Below are positions 27,666 through 36,896 of a stretch of 64,000 nucleotides of DNA, piece by piece. Below the pieces are notes generated by a model that was not told the origin of the DNA, searched no databases, and saw only the letters and a list, made by a program, of their open reading frames with translations. Location of the stretch: positions 1-64,000 of IMG/VR virus record IMGVR_UViG_3300033121_001167; one strand, 5' to 3'. The stretch is from a virus (taxonomy: Duplodnaviria; Caudoviricetes). The number at the start of each line of letters is the position of its first letter. The stretch's first letter is position 1. The position numbers and the translations under genes are program-made.

Positions 27666-27698
27666 CAAAGGTATGGTAAATTTTCAGACAATTCCAAA
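27666..27698 (-). promoter_or_regulatory. Bacteroidota-type promoter of FGE copy B
   Basis: Minus strand TTTG-N21-TACCTTTG, followed by the same TACTATAATTTTTAAAACAA leader as copies A and C. Confidence 0.75.
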
Positions 27699-27701
27699 TC
27701 A

Positions 27702-28049
27702 TTAACAAATAGTTAACGTATCACTGGTCGTTGTTATGTGTGTCATTGTACCACCTACAAACAAATTGAAATCATAGATTGGTTCACTACAAACGATCTC
27801 TTCAGTATTTAGTATTGTAATTTGTTCAGTATCGCTTCCAAAATCACAACTTGGACATTTTCCCTTTGACGATATGTCCCATCTATGCCCATGTGAGCAA
27901 GAATAACTGGTCGTAGTTGTATTCATATCGTGGTGGTGGTATTTTCCGGCAGTATCATAATAAGGAGCACAATACATTGCAGTACATGTACTCATGCCCG
28001 GATAAACATTGGATTCGAGATTCTTTTCTTGGCAGACAGGACACTTCAT
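27702..28049 (-). CDS. Cys/His-rich hypothetical protein (start re-called at MKCPVC)
   Basis: CPVC...CSHGH...CPSC; ATGA coupling. Confidence 0.6.
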   Translation of the reverse strand: MKCPVCQEKNLESNVYPGMSTCTAMYCAPYYDTAGKYHHHDMNTTTTSYSCSHGHRWDISSKGKCPSCDFGSDTEQITILNTEEIVCSEPIYDFNLFVGGTMTHITTTSDTLTIC

Positions 28050-28270
28050 AAATAAGTTGGAGAACATTTGGGGCAAGAACACGAAATATTGTGAATACAT
28101 ATACCAAGCACTGAACGACCAGTACCACGGCATTGTGGGCAAGCGTCATGCAAACATGGGTAAATTTGAGTTATAATTTTTTGCTGCTCATATTCTTTTT
28201 GAGTGAATGTTAGTGTAGTTGAGTAACTACATAATTCGGGGGTATATTTAAAATCATTTGAACTGGTCAT
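28046..28270 (-). CDS. Small Cys-rich zinc-binding protein
   Basis: CLHDACPQCRGTG...CIHNISCSCPKC. Confidence 0.65.
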   Translation of the reverse strand: MTSSNDFKYTPELCSYSTTLTFTQKEYEQQKIITQIYPCLHDACPQCRGTGRSVLGICIHNISCSCPKCSPTYL

Positions 28271-29249
28271 AAAGTCCTTCGGTTATTTCAAAATTATCAA
28301 ATGTTTGGAGTTTCCTAACAGGTTCTCGTTTAGCCCATTCCCACATTTTAGTGAGGCCATCCTTCAACGAAGTTACACATTCAAGCCCTAAAATAATTCT
28401 GGCTTTGGTATGATCTGAAAATGCTGAATGCACTTCGTATATTGGAGGATAATATTTTCGGTCAACTTTATGTCCAACTACTTCCTCCAATATATCAAGC
28501 ATTTCTACAATGGTAAATTCATTATTAGCCCCCAAATTGAATGTTCCCAACCGAGTATTTTCGGACGCTCCACATAACCACAGTGGGAGCATTAAGTCGT
28601 CAATACAAGTAAATGCACGGGTTTGGCTGCCATCTCCATAAATACTAACAGGTTCATTATTAAGTATTTTACGCATGAAAATTCCAATAACGTTCCTATA
28701 AGAATCCCATAAGTTTTGGTTTACGCCATAGACTGAATGTGGTCGCACTATGGTATATTCCAACCCATGTTGTTTCCAAGCGCATTGTAAATCCAATTCA
28801 ACGGCAAACTTTCCAATACCATAGGAATCGCAAGGGATTGGGGTCATGTTTTCAGTAAATGGAGTTGGATTGTGTCCATACACAGCCATACTGGAAGCGA
28901 ATACAAATCTTTTAACTTTATATTGTATTGCGTAATTTATCAAATTTGCACTATCTACGATGTTACTTTGGTAGTAAAATTTTCGTTTAAAATTTGCTAC
29001 ACTTTCAGCGGCTTCGGCCGAAAAATGATAAACAATTTCAATGTTATGTCGTTGGAAAATATCAGTTAAATCGCTTCCGCAATCACGATAATAGAAAATA
29101 CATTTCGGATTAACATATTCTAAAAAACCTCCAGAGAGATTGTCTATTCCAACCACGTCGTATTCTGGCTTATTTTCAACCAACCAGTTAACTAAATTAC
29201 TACCTAACAATCCAGCATTTCCGGTTACTAAAATTGATTTGTTTTTCAT
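28254..29249 (-). CDS. NAD-dependent nucleotide-sugar epimerase/dehydratase
   Basis: VTGNAGLLGS, SSMAVYG, YGIGK, RPHSVYG, RAFT. Confidence 0.95.
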   Translation of the reverse strand: MKNKSILVTGNAGLLGSNLVNWLVENKPEYDVVGIDNLSGGFLEYVNPKCIFYYRDCGSDLTDIFQRHNIEIVYHFSAEAAESVANFKRKFYYQSNIVDSANLINYAIQYKVKRFVFASSMAVYGHNPTPFTENMTPIPCDSYGIGKFAVELDLQCAWKQHGLEYTIVRPHSVYGVNQNLWDSYRNVIGIFMRKILNNEPVSIYGDGSQTRAFTCIDDLMLPLWLCGASENTRLGTFNLGANNEFTIVEMLDILEEVVGHKVDRKYYPPIYEVHSAFSDHTKARIILGLECVTSLKDGLTKMWEWAKREPVRKLQTFDNFEITEGLYDQFK

Positions 29250-29608
29250 TCTGCAATTATTTTATCAATGTTATTTTTTGTAGTGGCTCTTAATTCATTC
29301 GCAGTTCTTGCCCGAAGTTCTTGTTTCAATATTTCAATTTGTGCTAACTTCGCTCTATCAGCCTGTCCAATTTCCAAATCCGACCAAACCAATTGCTCAA
29401 CCAAATTACTAAATGTTCGTTTTTCTGAAATATATTCATAACCACTTTTGATTTCTGCAAATGCAGTTTCCAGTCGGTTTTTTATTTCATTTACAATTCC
29501 GGTTTGATGTTCAATTCTCTCATCATCGTCAAAAAAATATAGTTTAATTCGTTCAGTGATTAACCTGTCAATCAGCGCCGAAATAGTATCAATGTTTGTA
29601 ATTCGCAA
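29246..29608 (-). CDS. DUF6165/DUF4254-like helical protein
   Basis: SALIDRLITERIK...ANELRATTKNNID resembles 14680..15027. Confidence 0.45.
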   Translation of the reverse strand: MRITNIDTISALIDRLITERIKLYFFDDDERIEHQTGIVNEIKNRLETAFAEIKSGYEYISEKRTFSNLVEQLVWSDLEIGQADRAKLAQIEILKQELRARTANELRATTKNNIDKIIAE

Positions 29609-30248
29609 TATTAAATGCCTCCAACGTATTTTTAAATGGATTATTTTCTATATTACTGGCCAGTGCCATCATTTCCTCGGCAATTTCTCTAATTTCATTT
29701 TGCGCATGTTCTGAATTTCTAAGTATTTGAAAATTAAAAAACGACCGCATATTGAACATCACATCGTAAGTTATTTGGCTGTTATATGTCTTGAAATATC
29801 TGGCAGACTCTTTCGCCCGTTTCCTACCAAGAACTGGAGTTAAATCGGACAGACAACCATGATACAATTCATTTCCCATCCTCGTATATTCATCCAACAT
29901 ATCCATCCAACTACTTTCTGGATTTACAGTTGTTCGTATGTCTTGCCAATCACTTGGAAGATAATATTTGTCCTCCTTCAGTTCTTTATAGCGGGCACTC
30001 TCCGCATTCATAGAACTCATTCGGTGTTTCAAAAAATGAATATGAGTTGCAATGTCAGATGTCACTAAAAAATGAACTATACCTTTTTCAAATGGAGTGT
30101 AGTGACCATCTTTCCACAATTTTGCAATTAATTGTGGTATTCTATTGCGCTTCTCTTCACTTAAATCGCGACTGGTTGAAGTCCAAGCACTTTGAGCAAT
30201 TATTTCATCACTCCCATAATGCCCAATTAGTTCAACTGTATTTTTCAT
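29589..30248 (-). CDS. thyX: Flavin-dependent thymidylate synthase
   Basis: GHYTPFE, KHRMSSMNAESARY, ESARYF, NMRSFFNF...RNSEHAQNEIR. Confidence 0.95.
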   Translation of the reverse strand: MKNTVELIGHYGSDEIIAQSAWTSTSRDLSEEKRNRIPQLIAKLWKDGHYTPFEKGIVHFLVTSDIATHIHFLKHRMSSMNAESARYKELKEDKYYLPSDWQDIRTTVNPESSWMDMLDEYTRMGNELYHGCLSDLTPVLGRKRAKESARYFKTYNSQITYDVMFNMRSFFNFQILRNSEHAQNEIREIAEEMMALASNIENNPFKNTLEAFNIANYKH

Positions 30249-31309
30249 GTCCCAAACCCCTCCAATTTTGATAGCCAGTTATATGTGTGAACTACTAATT
30301 TTTCTGGATTGTATTGAGTGGCGTATTCCTTCCGCATATTTTCAACATAATGTTGCTGGGAAGATTCCCAGTTTTCAAGTATGCTAACAATTTTATCGTT
30401 TATATCACTGTAATTCCATGCACAATTAACATACGTCATACCGGGTTTATATACATTTGGAATAGTATTTATATGACTCATATCAGGTTTTATCAGGACT
30501 GCTCCGAGACTTGCTGCTTCAATATCTCTTGGCGCAATTTCGCCATATCCAAACGGAGCAACGATAATCTTACTTCTACTCATTAGATTGTAATATTCCT
30601 GTATCGGAACGTGAGCACCATTTACAAGTTTAGCAACCTTAACAGTTTCTGGCAAATTATCCAGATGTGAAATACAACGTCTGCGATGTCGGTCGTAATA
30701 TCTGGAAGTTTCATTTAGAAATTCTAAATTTGCTTTGGCTGGATACGAAAACAATGCAAAAACATCAATGTCTTTCTTTGCGTCTTTGTATTGAAACCAG
30801 TTTGGCGTTATAGTTCCTAACCAGTTCGTACCACTTAATTGTATTCCATTCATGTCAATGTCGGGGATGGAATAAGTAGAATATGGTAAATTAGATACTT
30901 CGTTCCAATATATGCGACCGTGCGGTGTTCCTCGCTTATAATCATCTAAGTTGGAGTATAATGTATTCTTTAACAAGAGTTTTGCTTTACTTTGTCGGAA
31001 GACTTCATAAGTTCCCATCATCGTCGCGCTGTCCTGCCCATCAAAAATTACATAATCGCCTTCAACTTTATTGTCCAAAAACCACAATCCCCGGTTAATT
31101 GCTCGTTCAAGTGGGTGATTTTTATCACAAATTGATGCCTGACCTACCCACGTTAAATCGCAATTATCGCCCTCAAATACAAATTCAACCCCAATGTCCT
31201 GAAATAAATGTTTTGCTTGGATGAACGGTCGGAATGTGGTCTCGTTCCTGTGCCTAAAAACTTCCGCTATTTTTATCTTTATCATATACTTGTAATATTT
31301 TATACGCAA
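30245..31309 (-). CDS. Glycosyltransferase-like protein (GT-B; likely start near 31285)
   Basis: SKIIVAPFGYGEIAPRDIEAASLGAVLIKP. Confidence 0.75.
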   Translation of the reverse strand: MRIKYYKYMIKIKIAEVFRHRNETTFRPFIQAKHLFQDIGVEFVFEGDNCDLTWVGQASICDKNHPLERAINRGLWFLDNKVEGDYVIFDGQDSATMMGTYEVFRQSKAKLLLKNTLYSNLDDYKRGTPHGRIYWNEVSNLPYSTYSIPDIDMNGIQLSGTNWLGTITPNWFQYKDAKKDIDVFALFSYPAKANLEFLNETSRYYDRHRRRCISHLDNLPETVKVAKLVNGAHVPIQEYYNLMSRSKIIVAPFGYGEIAPRDIEAASLGAVLIKPDMSHINTIPNVYKPGMTYVNCAWNYSDINDKIVSILENWESSQQHYVENMRKEYATQYNPEKLVVHTYNWLSKLEGFGT

Positions 31310-31490
31310 TTCCCAACCACTCGTCGGATAAAATGATGAACAATCCTACTATTGTCAGAATCAATACAAGTGATAATAAACTCCATAGTAAGAAGATTAG
31401 AAATGCACTAAAATATTTCATAAAATTTGTTTTGTTTAATTTGTCGTTGCAATTCTTTGACGTGAAAAATGCCATACCCAAAATCTGCAA
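31254..31490 (-). CDS. Small membrane protein (true start probably MKYFSAF)
   Basis: Long hydrophobic stretch. Confidence 0.45.
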   Translation of the reverse strand: MQILGMAFFTSKNCNDKLNKTNFMKYFSAFLIFLLWSLLSLVLILTIVGLFIILSDEWLGIAYKILQVYDKDKNSGSF

Positions 31491-32109
31491 ATGGAAGTTT
31501 TGCCAAGTTATTCATTCCCAACAATTTCTCATGCACTGCACCTTCCCATTTTATTTTATCGCTTCTACGATAGATACGACGTTGATAATCAGGCAAATTT
31601 ACTAAATGCACTTTGTCAGATTTCAATCCATACAATTCAAGTACTGATTTAGTATCATAATCTAATTTTTGTATCATTTCAGTTGTAACATTCCATCCCC
31701 ACGTTGTAGTCCATTCCTTTGTCAAGCCCTTTACTATATTGAAACGTGGTACATCATACGCATCAACATCTGCATTTTCTAACAGTAAAAATTTCAAAAC
31801 TGTCAAAAGTTGTTTGGATGGTATCTCATCAGCGTCAATTAAAAAGATGTAATCACTTTTACATTGTTTGGCAAAATTGGATTTGAACGTACCAAAATCT
31901 TTATTTAATGGGTATTCTATATATTGAAAGTTGGGCATTTTTGAATGCCCACGAATGACGCTGATCACAGCATCAGTCACTTTTCCTTGATCTCCCTGTA
32001 CTATAATTTCATCGCAATCTTCAACGAATGGGATTAACGTTTTTAGCAATAATTCCAGTTCGGCGGATTCGTTATGGACAGGGATGCAATAACTGATTGA
32101 TACTTTCAT
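31408..32109 (-). CDS. Glycosyltransferase family 2
   Basis: ISYCIPVHNE, YIFLIDADE, WEGAVHE. Confidence 0.9.
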   Translation of the reverse strand: MKVSISYCIPVHNESAELELLLKTLIPFVEDCDEIIVQGDQGKVTDAVISVIRGHSKMPNFQYIEYPLNKDFGTFKSNFAKQCKSDYIFLIDADEIPSKQLLTVLKFLLLENADVDAYDVPRFNIVKGLTKEWTTTWGWNVTTEMIQKLDYDTKSVLELYGLKSDKVHLVNLPDYQRRIYRRSDKIKWEGAVHEKLLGMNNLAKLPFADFGYGIFHVKELQRQIKQNKFYEIF

Positions 32110-32111
32110 TT

Positions 32112-32585
32112 TTAGTTTGGATTGGTGTCGTAAATTGTTGAATTAAGTTCGTGAAATTTGAAAAAAGCATCCTCAAATTCAAATTCACCAAACTCAATTG
32201 CATTCGTATCGTCCATAACAAACACATCCTCCCCAATCTTCATAGTCGCCCATGTAAAAGCGGGTGTAGGATTGTCACCAGCGGGCTTAAATTGCGCCAC
32301 CTTCCACTTTTTTTCGTCTGGGTATAGTACAATGCCCCTACTAAATAAAGTCGTTTTATACCAAACCTGACGCGATTTAGACTCTACAAAACGAGTCTCC
32401 AAAACTATGTCGGGTGAAGTTTCTTCAAATCGTTCTATTGCTTCGCCCCCCTCAATCCAATCACCGTAGGTTTGATAACCAGTCTCCATGTCTAACGACA
32501 TCATGGTGTTGGTCAACTCGTCAAATTCATCCAATACAGTCATTTTTCCTGTTATTGGACTTACACGATCATAATTTAGTCTCAT
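32112..32585 (-). CDS. Hypothetical protein, 157 aa
   Basis: Co-oriented ORF. Confidence 0.7.
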   Translation of the reverse strand: MRLNYDRVSPITGKMTVLDEFDELTNTMMSLDMETGYQTYGDWIEGGEAIERFEETSPDIVLETRFVESKSRQVWYKTTLFSRGIVLYPDEKKWKVAQFKPAGDNPTPAFTWATMKIGEDVFVMDDTNAIEFGEFEFEDAFFKFHELNSTIYDTNPN

Positions 32586-32587
32586 GG

Positions 32588-32761
32588 TTAAGGCTTTTTA
32601 ATGTTATCAAGTAATTCTTTTACTTTTTTTAGTTGTTCGTCCGATTCGTTTATCATTTTGGACATAGTATCATTATTTTTTTGAATTTGTGTGTAAAGTC
32701 GCACAATGTAAACTAATGCCAGCAATGAACAAACTAATGAGATAGCGTTAACGGTAGTCAT
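32588..32761 (-). CDS. Small membrane/coiled-coil protein, 57 aa (MTTVNAISL...)
   Basis: Translated by hand; ATGA coupling. Confidence 0.5.
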   Translation of the reverse strand: MTTVNAISLVCSLLALVYIVRLYTQIQKNNDTMSKMINESDEQLKKVKELLDNIKKP

Positions 32762-34050
32762 GTTAATTTTTTAAGTTGTGGAAGTTTGAGTGACAATGTA
32801 GGTTTGGGCTGTACTGTGGCGTATTTGTCAAGTAACATTTCAAATCGTTCAGTCATTTTATCTAAACTGAAATTATCTTTTGTGTGTTTGATGTGCTTAC
32901 GACTTTTTTCTAAACATTTCTCGTAGTTCTCAAAAACATGCCGCATAATTTGGCTGCCCATCGCATAACTCGCAGTAAACCATTTTCCTTCTTTTGGTAT
33001 CCATTGATTTGCAGCACTTGCATCAATTTGAGTGAGTGAACCGGGAATGAGGAAAGAAAATTGAGGATTTAAAAAATCAAGCGGTCCACCATAATTTGAA
33101 CAAATAACGGGCTTTCCAGTCGTGGTAAATTCGGCAATAGGAAGACCCCATGATTCGCCCTTTGTGAATGTAACAAACGCTTTAATTTTTGCGTGATTAT
33201 ACATCGTATTCATTTCGTCGTCAGTCAATTCACCATTCAACAAATAAATACTGGGCAATTTTCCATTAAATCCTTCGTCTCGTACAACTTCTTCTATTTG
33301 CTGAATTTTATCAATAATTCCATTCCGCTCAACATTACTAAATCCTGCCCCACTCGTTTTCAATACAAGTGCGGGCGCATTTTTTTTGTTTTTGAACGCA
33401 TTAAAAAATGTATGAATTAAACCACTTACATTTTTTCGGTCTTCTCCAAATCGTCCTTCCAACCAATGCCCACAATATAAAAATGCAAATGACTCCGGGA
33501 TTTTATTCAATTGTTCAATTATAGGAGATTTTACAATGTTTGTTTTGTTATAAATTTGTAAATCTGTTCCTTCAAACAATGTTTCAACAACACCCGTAAA
33601 TTTAAGCGATTCTATGATTTGGTTTGTGACATTATCCCTTTTTTCAATTACAGTTTCCTTCAGGACATCTACGTTGAATTGGGATGGAACAAGGACTAAA
33701 TCCATTCGGTTGCAACCGGAAATAAAATCTGGAGGACAAATATTCGCCTCCGTAAGCGCCGTCACTCCAATAGAAACCTTCCCAACCTTTTGAAATTCGC
33801 TTGGAATTGTAACATGAATACTGATGTCTGGAACTTCTGTTAGATGGGGTACAATTTTCTGTAAAATTGCAATGTGATCTGGATTCGTTTGATCCAATGC
33901 AGTTTGTGGCGTAGTTCCCCAACGGATTGGCACTATTTTTAAATCGTATTTATCCAATCTCAACAAAGATTTCGCTAAAATTCTGGAATGGATTCCATAA
34001 CCAGCAACTGAAAAGATTGGACAAATTAAGGCAAGGGTAGGTTTATTCAT
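32758..34050 (-). CDS. Glycosyltransferase family 4 (start re-called at MNKPTLAL)
   Basis: RKNVSGL, TKGESWGLPIAE, PVICSNYGG. Confidence 0.9.
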   Translation of the reverse strand: MNKPTLALICPIFSVAGYGIHSRILAKSLLRLDKYDLKIVPIRWGTTPQTALDQTNPDHIAILQKIVPHLTEVPDISIHVTIPSEFQKVGKVSIGVTALTEANICPPDFISGCNRMDLVLVPSQFNVDVLKETVIEKRDNVTNQIIESLKFTGVVETLFEGTDLQIYNKTNIVKSPIIEQLNKIPESFAFLYCGHWLEGRFGEDRKNVSGLIHTFFNAFKNKKNAPALVLKTSGAGFSNVERNGIIDKIQQIEEVVRDEGFNGKLPSIYLLNGELTDDEMNTMYNHAKIKAFVTFTKGESWGLPIAEFTTTGKPVICSNYGGPLDFLNPQFSFLIPGSLTQIDASAANQWIPKEGKWFTASYAMGSQIMRHVFENYEKCLEKSRKHIKHTKDNFSLDKMTERFEMLLDKYATVQPKPTLSLKLPQLKKLT

Positions 34051-34261
34051 TATCAAACTTAATAAGTTGTTTATAGTGTTCTGTATTAGATACCATGTCT
34101 GCGACCATATCATGCGACGCATTTCCGTAGAGCCCGAAATTATATATTCCGCGTGAAAACCATTTAAAATCTGGATAATCGTTCGCCCATGCAATTTCTG
34201 CCAATTTTTCCACTCCATCCATCTCAATTGTTCCAAGTATGAACTTAAACAGTCTTAACAT
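34043..34261 (-). CDS. Hypothetical protein, 72 aa
   Basis: Fits between neighbours once the GT4 start is re-called. Confidence 0.5.
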   Translation of the reverse strand: MLRLFKFILGTIEMDGVEKLAEIAWANDYPDFKWFSRGIYNFGLYGNASHDMVADMVSNTEHYKQLIKFDNE

Positions 34262-34542
34262 AATTTCAATAACGTATTAAATTGTTCTCTGATTTCTTGT
34301 AAACTGATTAGCGGTTCGTCCGGGATGTCCATTAAATGAATTAATTGATGGACAATACCTTCATCTCCAATCGTACATTCGCTTGGTAATTCCTTGAAAT
34401 AGGATATGATACATGCTAAATGTGCAATTTTTATTATATTTTCTTTAAATTGCAAATTCGTATAATTCACCACTTCCTCATAGCGAGTTTTTAATTCTCG
34501 GTATGACACTTCGTATTGATGATTATTGATTAGATAGGTCAT
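34255..34542 (-). CDS. Hypothetical protein, 95 aa
   Basis: Co-oriented ORF. Confidence 0.6.
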   Translation of the reverse strand: MTYLINNHQYEVSYRELKTRYEEVVNYTNLQFKENIIKIAHLACIISYFKELPSECTIGDEGIVHQLIHLMDIPDEPLISLQEIREQFNTLLKLC

Positions 34543-34963
34543 TTGAAGTCTTTAAAATTGCACCCATCCCGCCAGTGTCTGGGTATTTTCCTCCGAATAA
34601 TATCTGCTGTTCTTCTTGACTTAATTTAGCCAAAATTTTAGCACGTTTAAATTTCATTTCGGCTTCTTCAAGAATGAGGCATTCAGCCCACCACTCTCGC
34701 AAATCCTTTAATCGCAGATATTGCAACGATTTCGGCGAATTTAAAACATGTGGGGCATGTAGATTCAATTCCTTGCAAGCAAGTATCAACAATTTTGTCA
34801 ATGTTTCTATTTCATTGCATAAAGTATCATTTGAAACTTTTATGAAAACATTGAGTCTGCTTTCATCGGGTGGATATGTTGTCGGATCAACTTCATATTC
34901 CAATTCTGCCGAAGGAACATTTTGTTGTTCAATATCAAATGGAATTGGGGCTGGTTGTATCAT
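34523..34963 (-). CDS. Hypothetical protein, 146 aa
   Basis: Co-oriented ORF. Confidence 0.6.
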   Translation of the reverse strand: MIQPAPIPFDIEQQNVPSAELEYEVDPTTYPPDESRLNVFIKVSNDTLCNEIETLTKLLILACKELNLHAPHVLNSPKSLQYLRLKDLREWWAECLILEEAEMKFKRAKILAKLSQEEQQILFGGKYPDTGGMGAILKTSNDLSNQ

Positions 34964-36447
34964 ATTACGACTCCACTATTGGTTATTTTTTTACGAGAAC
35001 TGACTTTTGTAAGTTCAAATCTCGGTTTAGGTTGCCACACCTCAAAAAGTTTATTGACCGATTGAGCAAATTTTGAGCACATCTTATCAGCAGACATTCC
35101 CGATTCATCGCCTAATACCCATTCACGACCGTGCAATCCTGATGCTGTGCGCTCTTCCCCAGACATATTATATACTTCCAGCAATTTATCAGCAACATCT
35201 TCAAATTTGCAACGGTCGTCAAAAATATACGGGGTTGGAATTGAACCTTGTAATGATCTGTTGGATGGAAATACTGGAAAGCACCAATCCCCGTGATGCT
35301 GGTATGTTCCAGCATGGTTGGATGGAATTTCAGTAGTCGGCTCAAACCAATTACCATGTTCATCTTCAAATCTGCACTGATCTTGCAGCCCACCAGTCAC
35401 ATTTACCATGATGGGAGTGCCACTATGTAAAGATTCGAGTGAACTCAATCCAAACCCCTCATTACTTCCGATTGAAATGGTCAAATCTGATAGATTATAG
35501 AACCAGTTCATTATTTTTTCTGGAAGCATTTCCTCGTTGAACAATACTTTGTAATCTGGGCAAATTGCTCGCTTAACTGCCATCAAATCCGTACCATTTT
35601 CATCTCGGATTGCAGTTTTCATAAACAAACAACAATGTTTGGCTTTTTCTTTTGGAAGTTTATCGCAAAATGTTTTAAACGCCAATATCACATCACCCGG
35701 ATTTTTTCTTCGGATGTTCCGGTTGTTCCAGAATACAACGAAATCCACATCATTTTTTGATTTAAAATCCGCCACGAATTTATCATATTCTGGATCGTTT
35801 TCAATCGGGTGGAATAGTTTTGGATTGATTCCGTGTGGAAGATACGTCAACAGTGATTTGCCCGTTTCCGATGAACTGTTAGTATCCAAATCAATAAATT
35901 CAATATCTCCATATTTTAGAACTTCTTTGTGGATAATATGAGATTGTTTTGAAATGCCAAATAAAAGATCACAACTTGAATAGAATGGTAGATTCCAGTG
36001 TGGGATAGGTAAATCATCCCAAATTGCATTGTATATAATAGGAATTTTCCAATGTGTCCTTAATTCATGTTCCATCGGCCAAAACCAATAAAAATGCCGA
36101 GGATCGGTAAACAACATTATTGCATCTGGTTTTTCCAAATTCAATACTTCTCGCACAATGTCGGCAGAACCATATCCGTCCGAACAATAAATTTTTACAT
36201 AGGAATGATCAATTCCTATTTCATTATTTACATCCTCAGACAAATCAAGTATCTTGCCATGATCTGGATGTTTAATTGCTGCACCAATTTGCACCCAATC
36301 AAATTCATTTGCCGTACCGAGTACCAATTCCCGAGACATCGTTGCAACTCCGCTTTTGAAGTTCAACTGGTCTGATAGCAACATGATTTTTTTCTTCTTA
36401 GGACGATTAAGATTAATTTTCTTTAGTTTTGGAAGTTGTATTTGCAT
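34960..36447 (-). CDS. Glycosyltransferase family 4
   Basis: SGVATMSRE, NRNIRRKN, NEGFGLSSLESLHSGTP. Confidence 0.92.
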   Translation of the reverse strand: MQIQLPKLKKINLNRPKKKKIMLLSDQLNFKSGVATMSRELVLGTANEFDWVQIGAAIKHPDHGKILDLSEDVNNEIGIDHSYVKIYCSDGYGSADIVREVLNLEKPDAIMLFTDPRHFYWFWPMEHELRTHWKIPIIYNAIWDDLPIPHWNLPFYSSCDLLFGISKQSHIIHKEVLKYGDIEFIDLDTNSSSETGKSLLTYLPHGINPKLFHPIENDPEYDKFVADFKSKNDVDFVVFWNNRNIRRKNPGDVILAFKTFCDKLPKEKAKHCCLFMKTAIRDENGTDLMAVKRAICPDYKVLFNEEMLPEKIMNWFYNLSDLTISIGSNEGFGLSSLESLHSGTPIMVNVTGGLQDQCRFEDEHGNWFEPTTEIPSNHAGTYQHHGDWCFPVFPSNRSLQGSIPTPYIFDDRCKFEDVADKLLEVYNMSGEERTASGLHGREWVLGDESGMSADKMCSKFAQSVNKLFEVWQPKPRFELTKVSSRKKITNSGVVI

Positions 36448-36494
36448 AAATTAGTTAATTGTGAAACTTTTTTCACAATAATTATCTTTTTTCT

Positions 36495-36896
36495 TTAAAT
36501 TAAAACGACTGGTATTTTGAATTTTTCGGCCATTCGCAAAGTTTGTTTTATGATTGGGTCATTTACACCCTCCTCCACCCCAACAATCAATTTGTCAATG
36601 TTTGATAGCATTTTTTTATAGCGGTCAAAATAATGACTGTAATGGTATGATTTGTTGTAGTACTCTTTCTCGCATCCACTATACTGGTTATATCCGGAAA
36701 AGGATGGATTGTATTCAACATACGCCATTCCAAATTCTAAGGCGGTTTGCTTTACAACATATTCAATTCCAGATGTATTTCCGCCGCTCGCCACAGTCAC
36801 CATCGTTCCAAAATGCTGCTTAATTTTGAACAGCAAGTCTTTAACTTTTCTGTTCTTATGTACAACATTCGTACCTCCGATTATTGCGATTTTCAT
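36495..36896 (-). CDS. SLOG-like (YspA/DUF2493-type) protein
   Basis: KIAIIGG...VASGGNTSGIEY... Confidence 0.55.
   Translation of the reverse strand: MKIAIIGGTNVVHKNRKVKDLLFKIKQHFGTMVTVASGGNTSGIEYVVKQTALEFGMAYVEYNPSFSGYNQYSGCEKEYYNKSYHYSHYFDRYKKMLSNIDKLIVGVEEGVNDPIIKQTLRMAEKFKIPVVLI

Noticed and set aside
34051-34236. N-terminal extension of the GT4 ORF, and similar extensions at 27635-27697, 28050-28142 and 59381-59425
   Set aside because: They overlap upstream genes or promoters; downstream ATGs fit gene coupling better.
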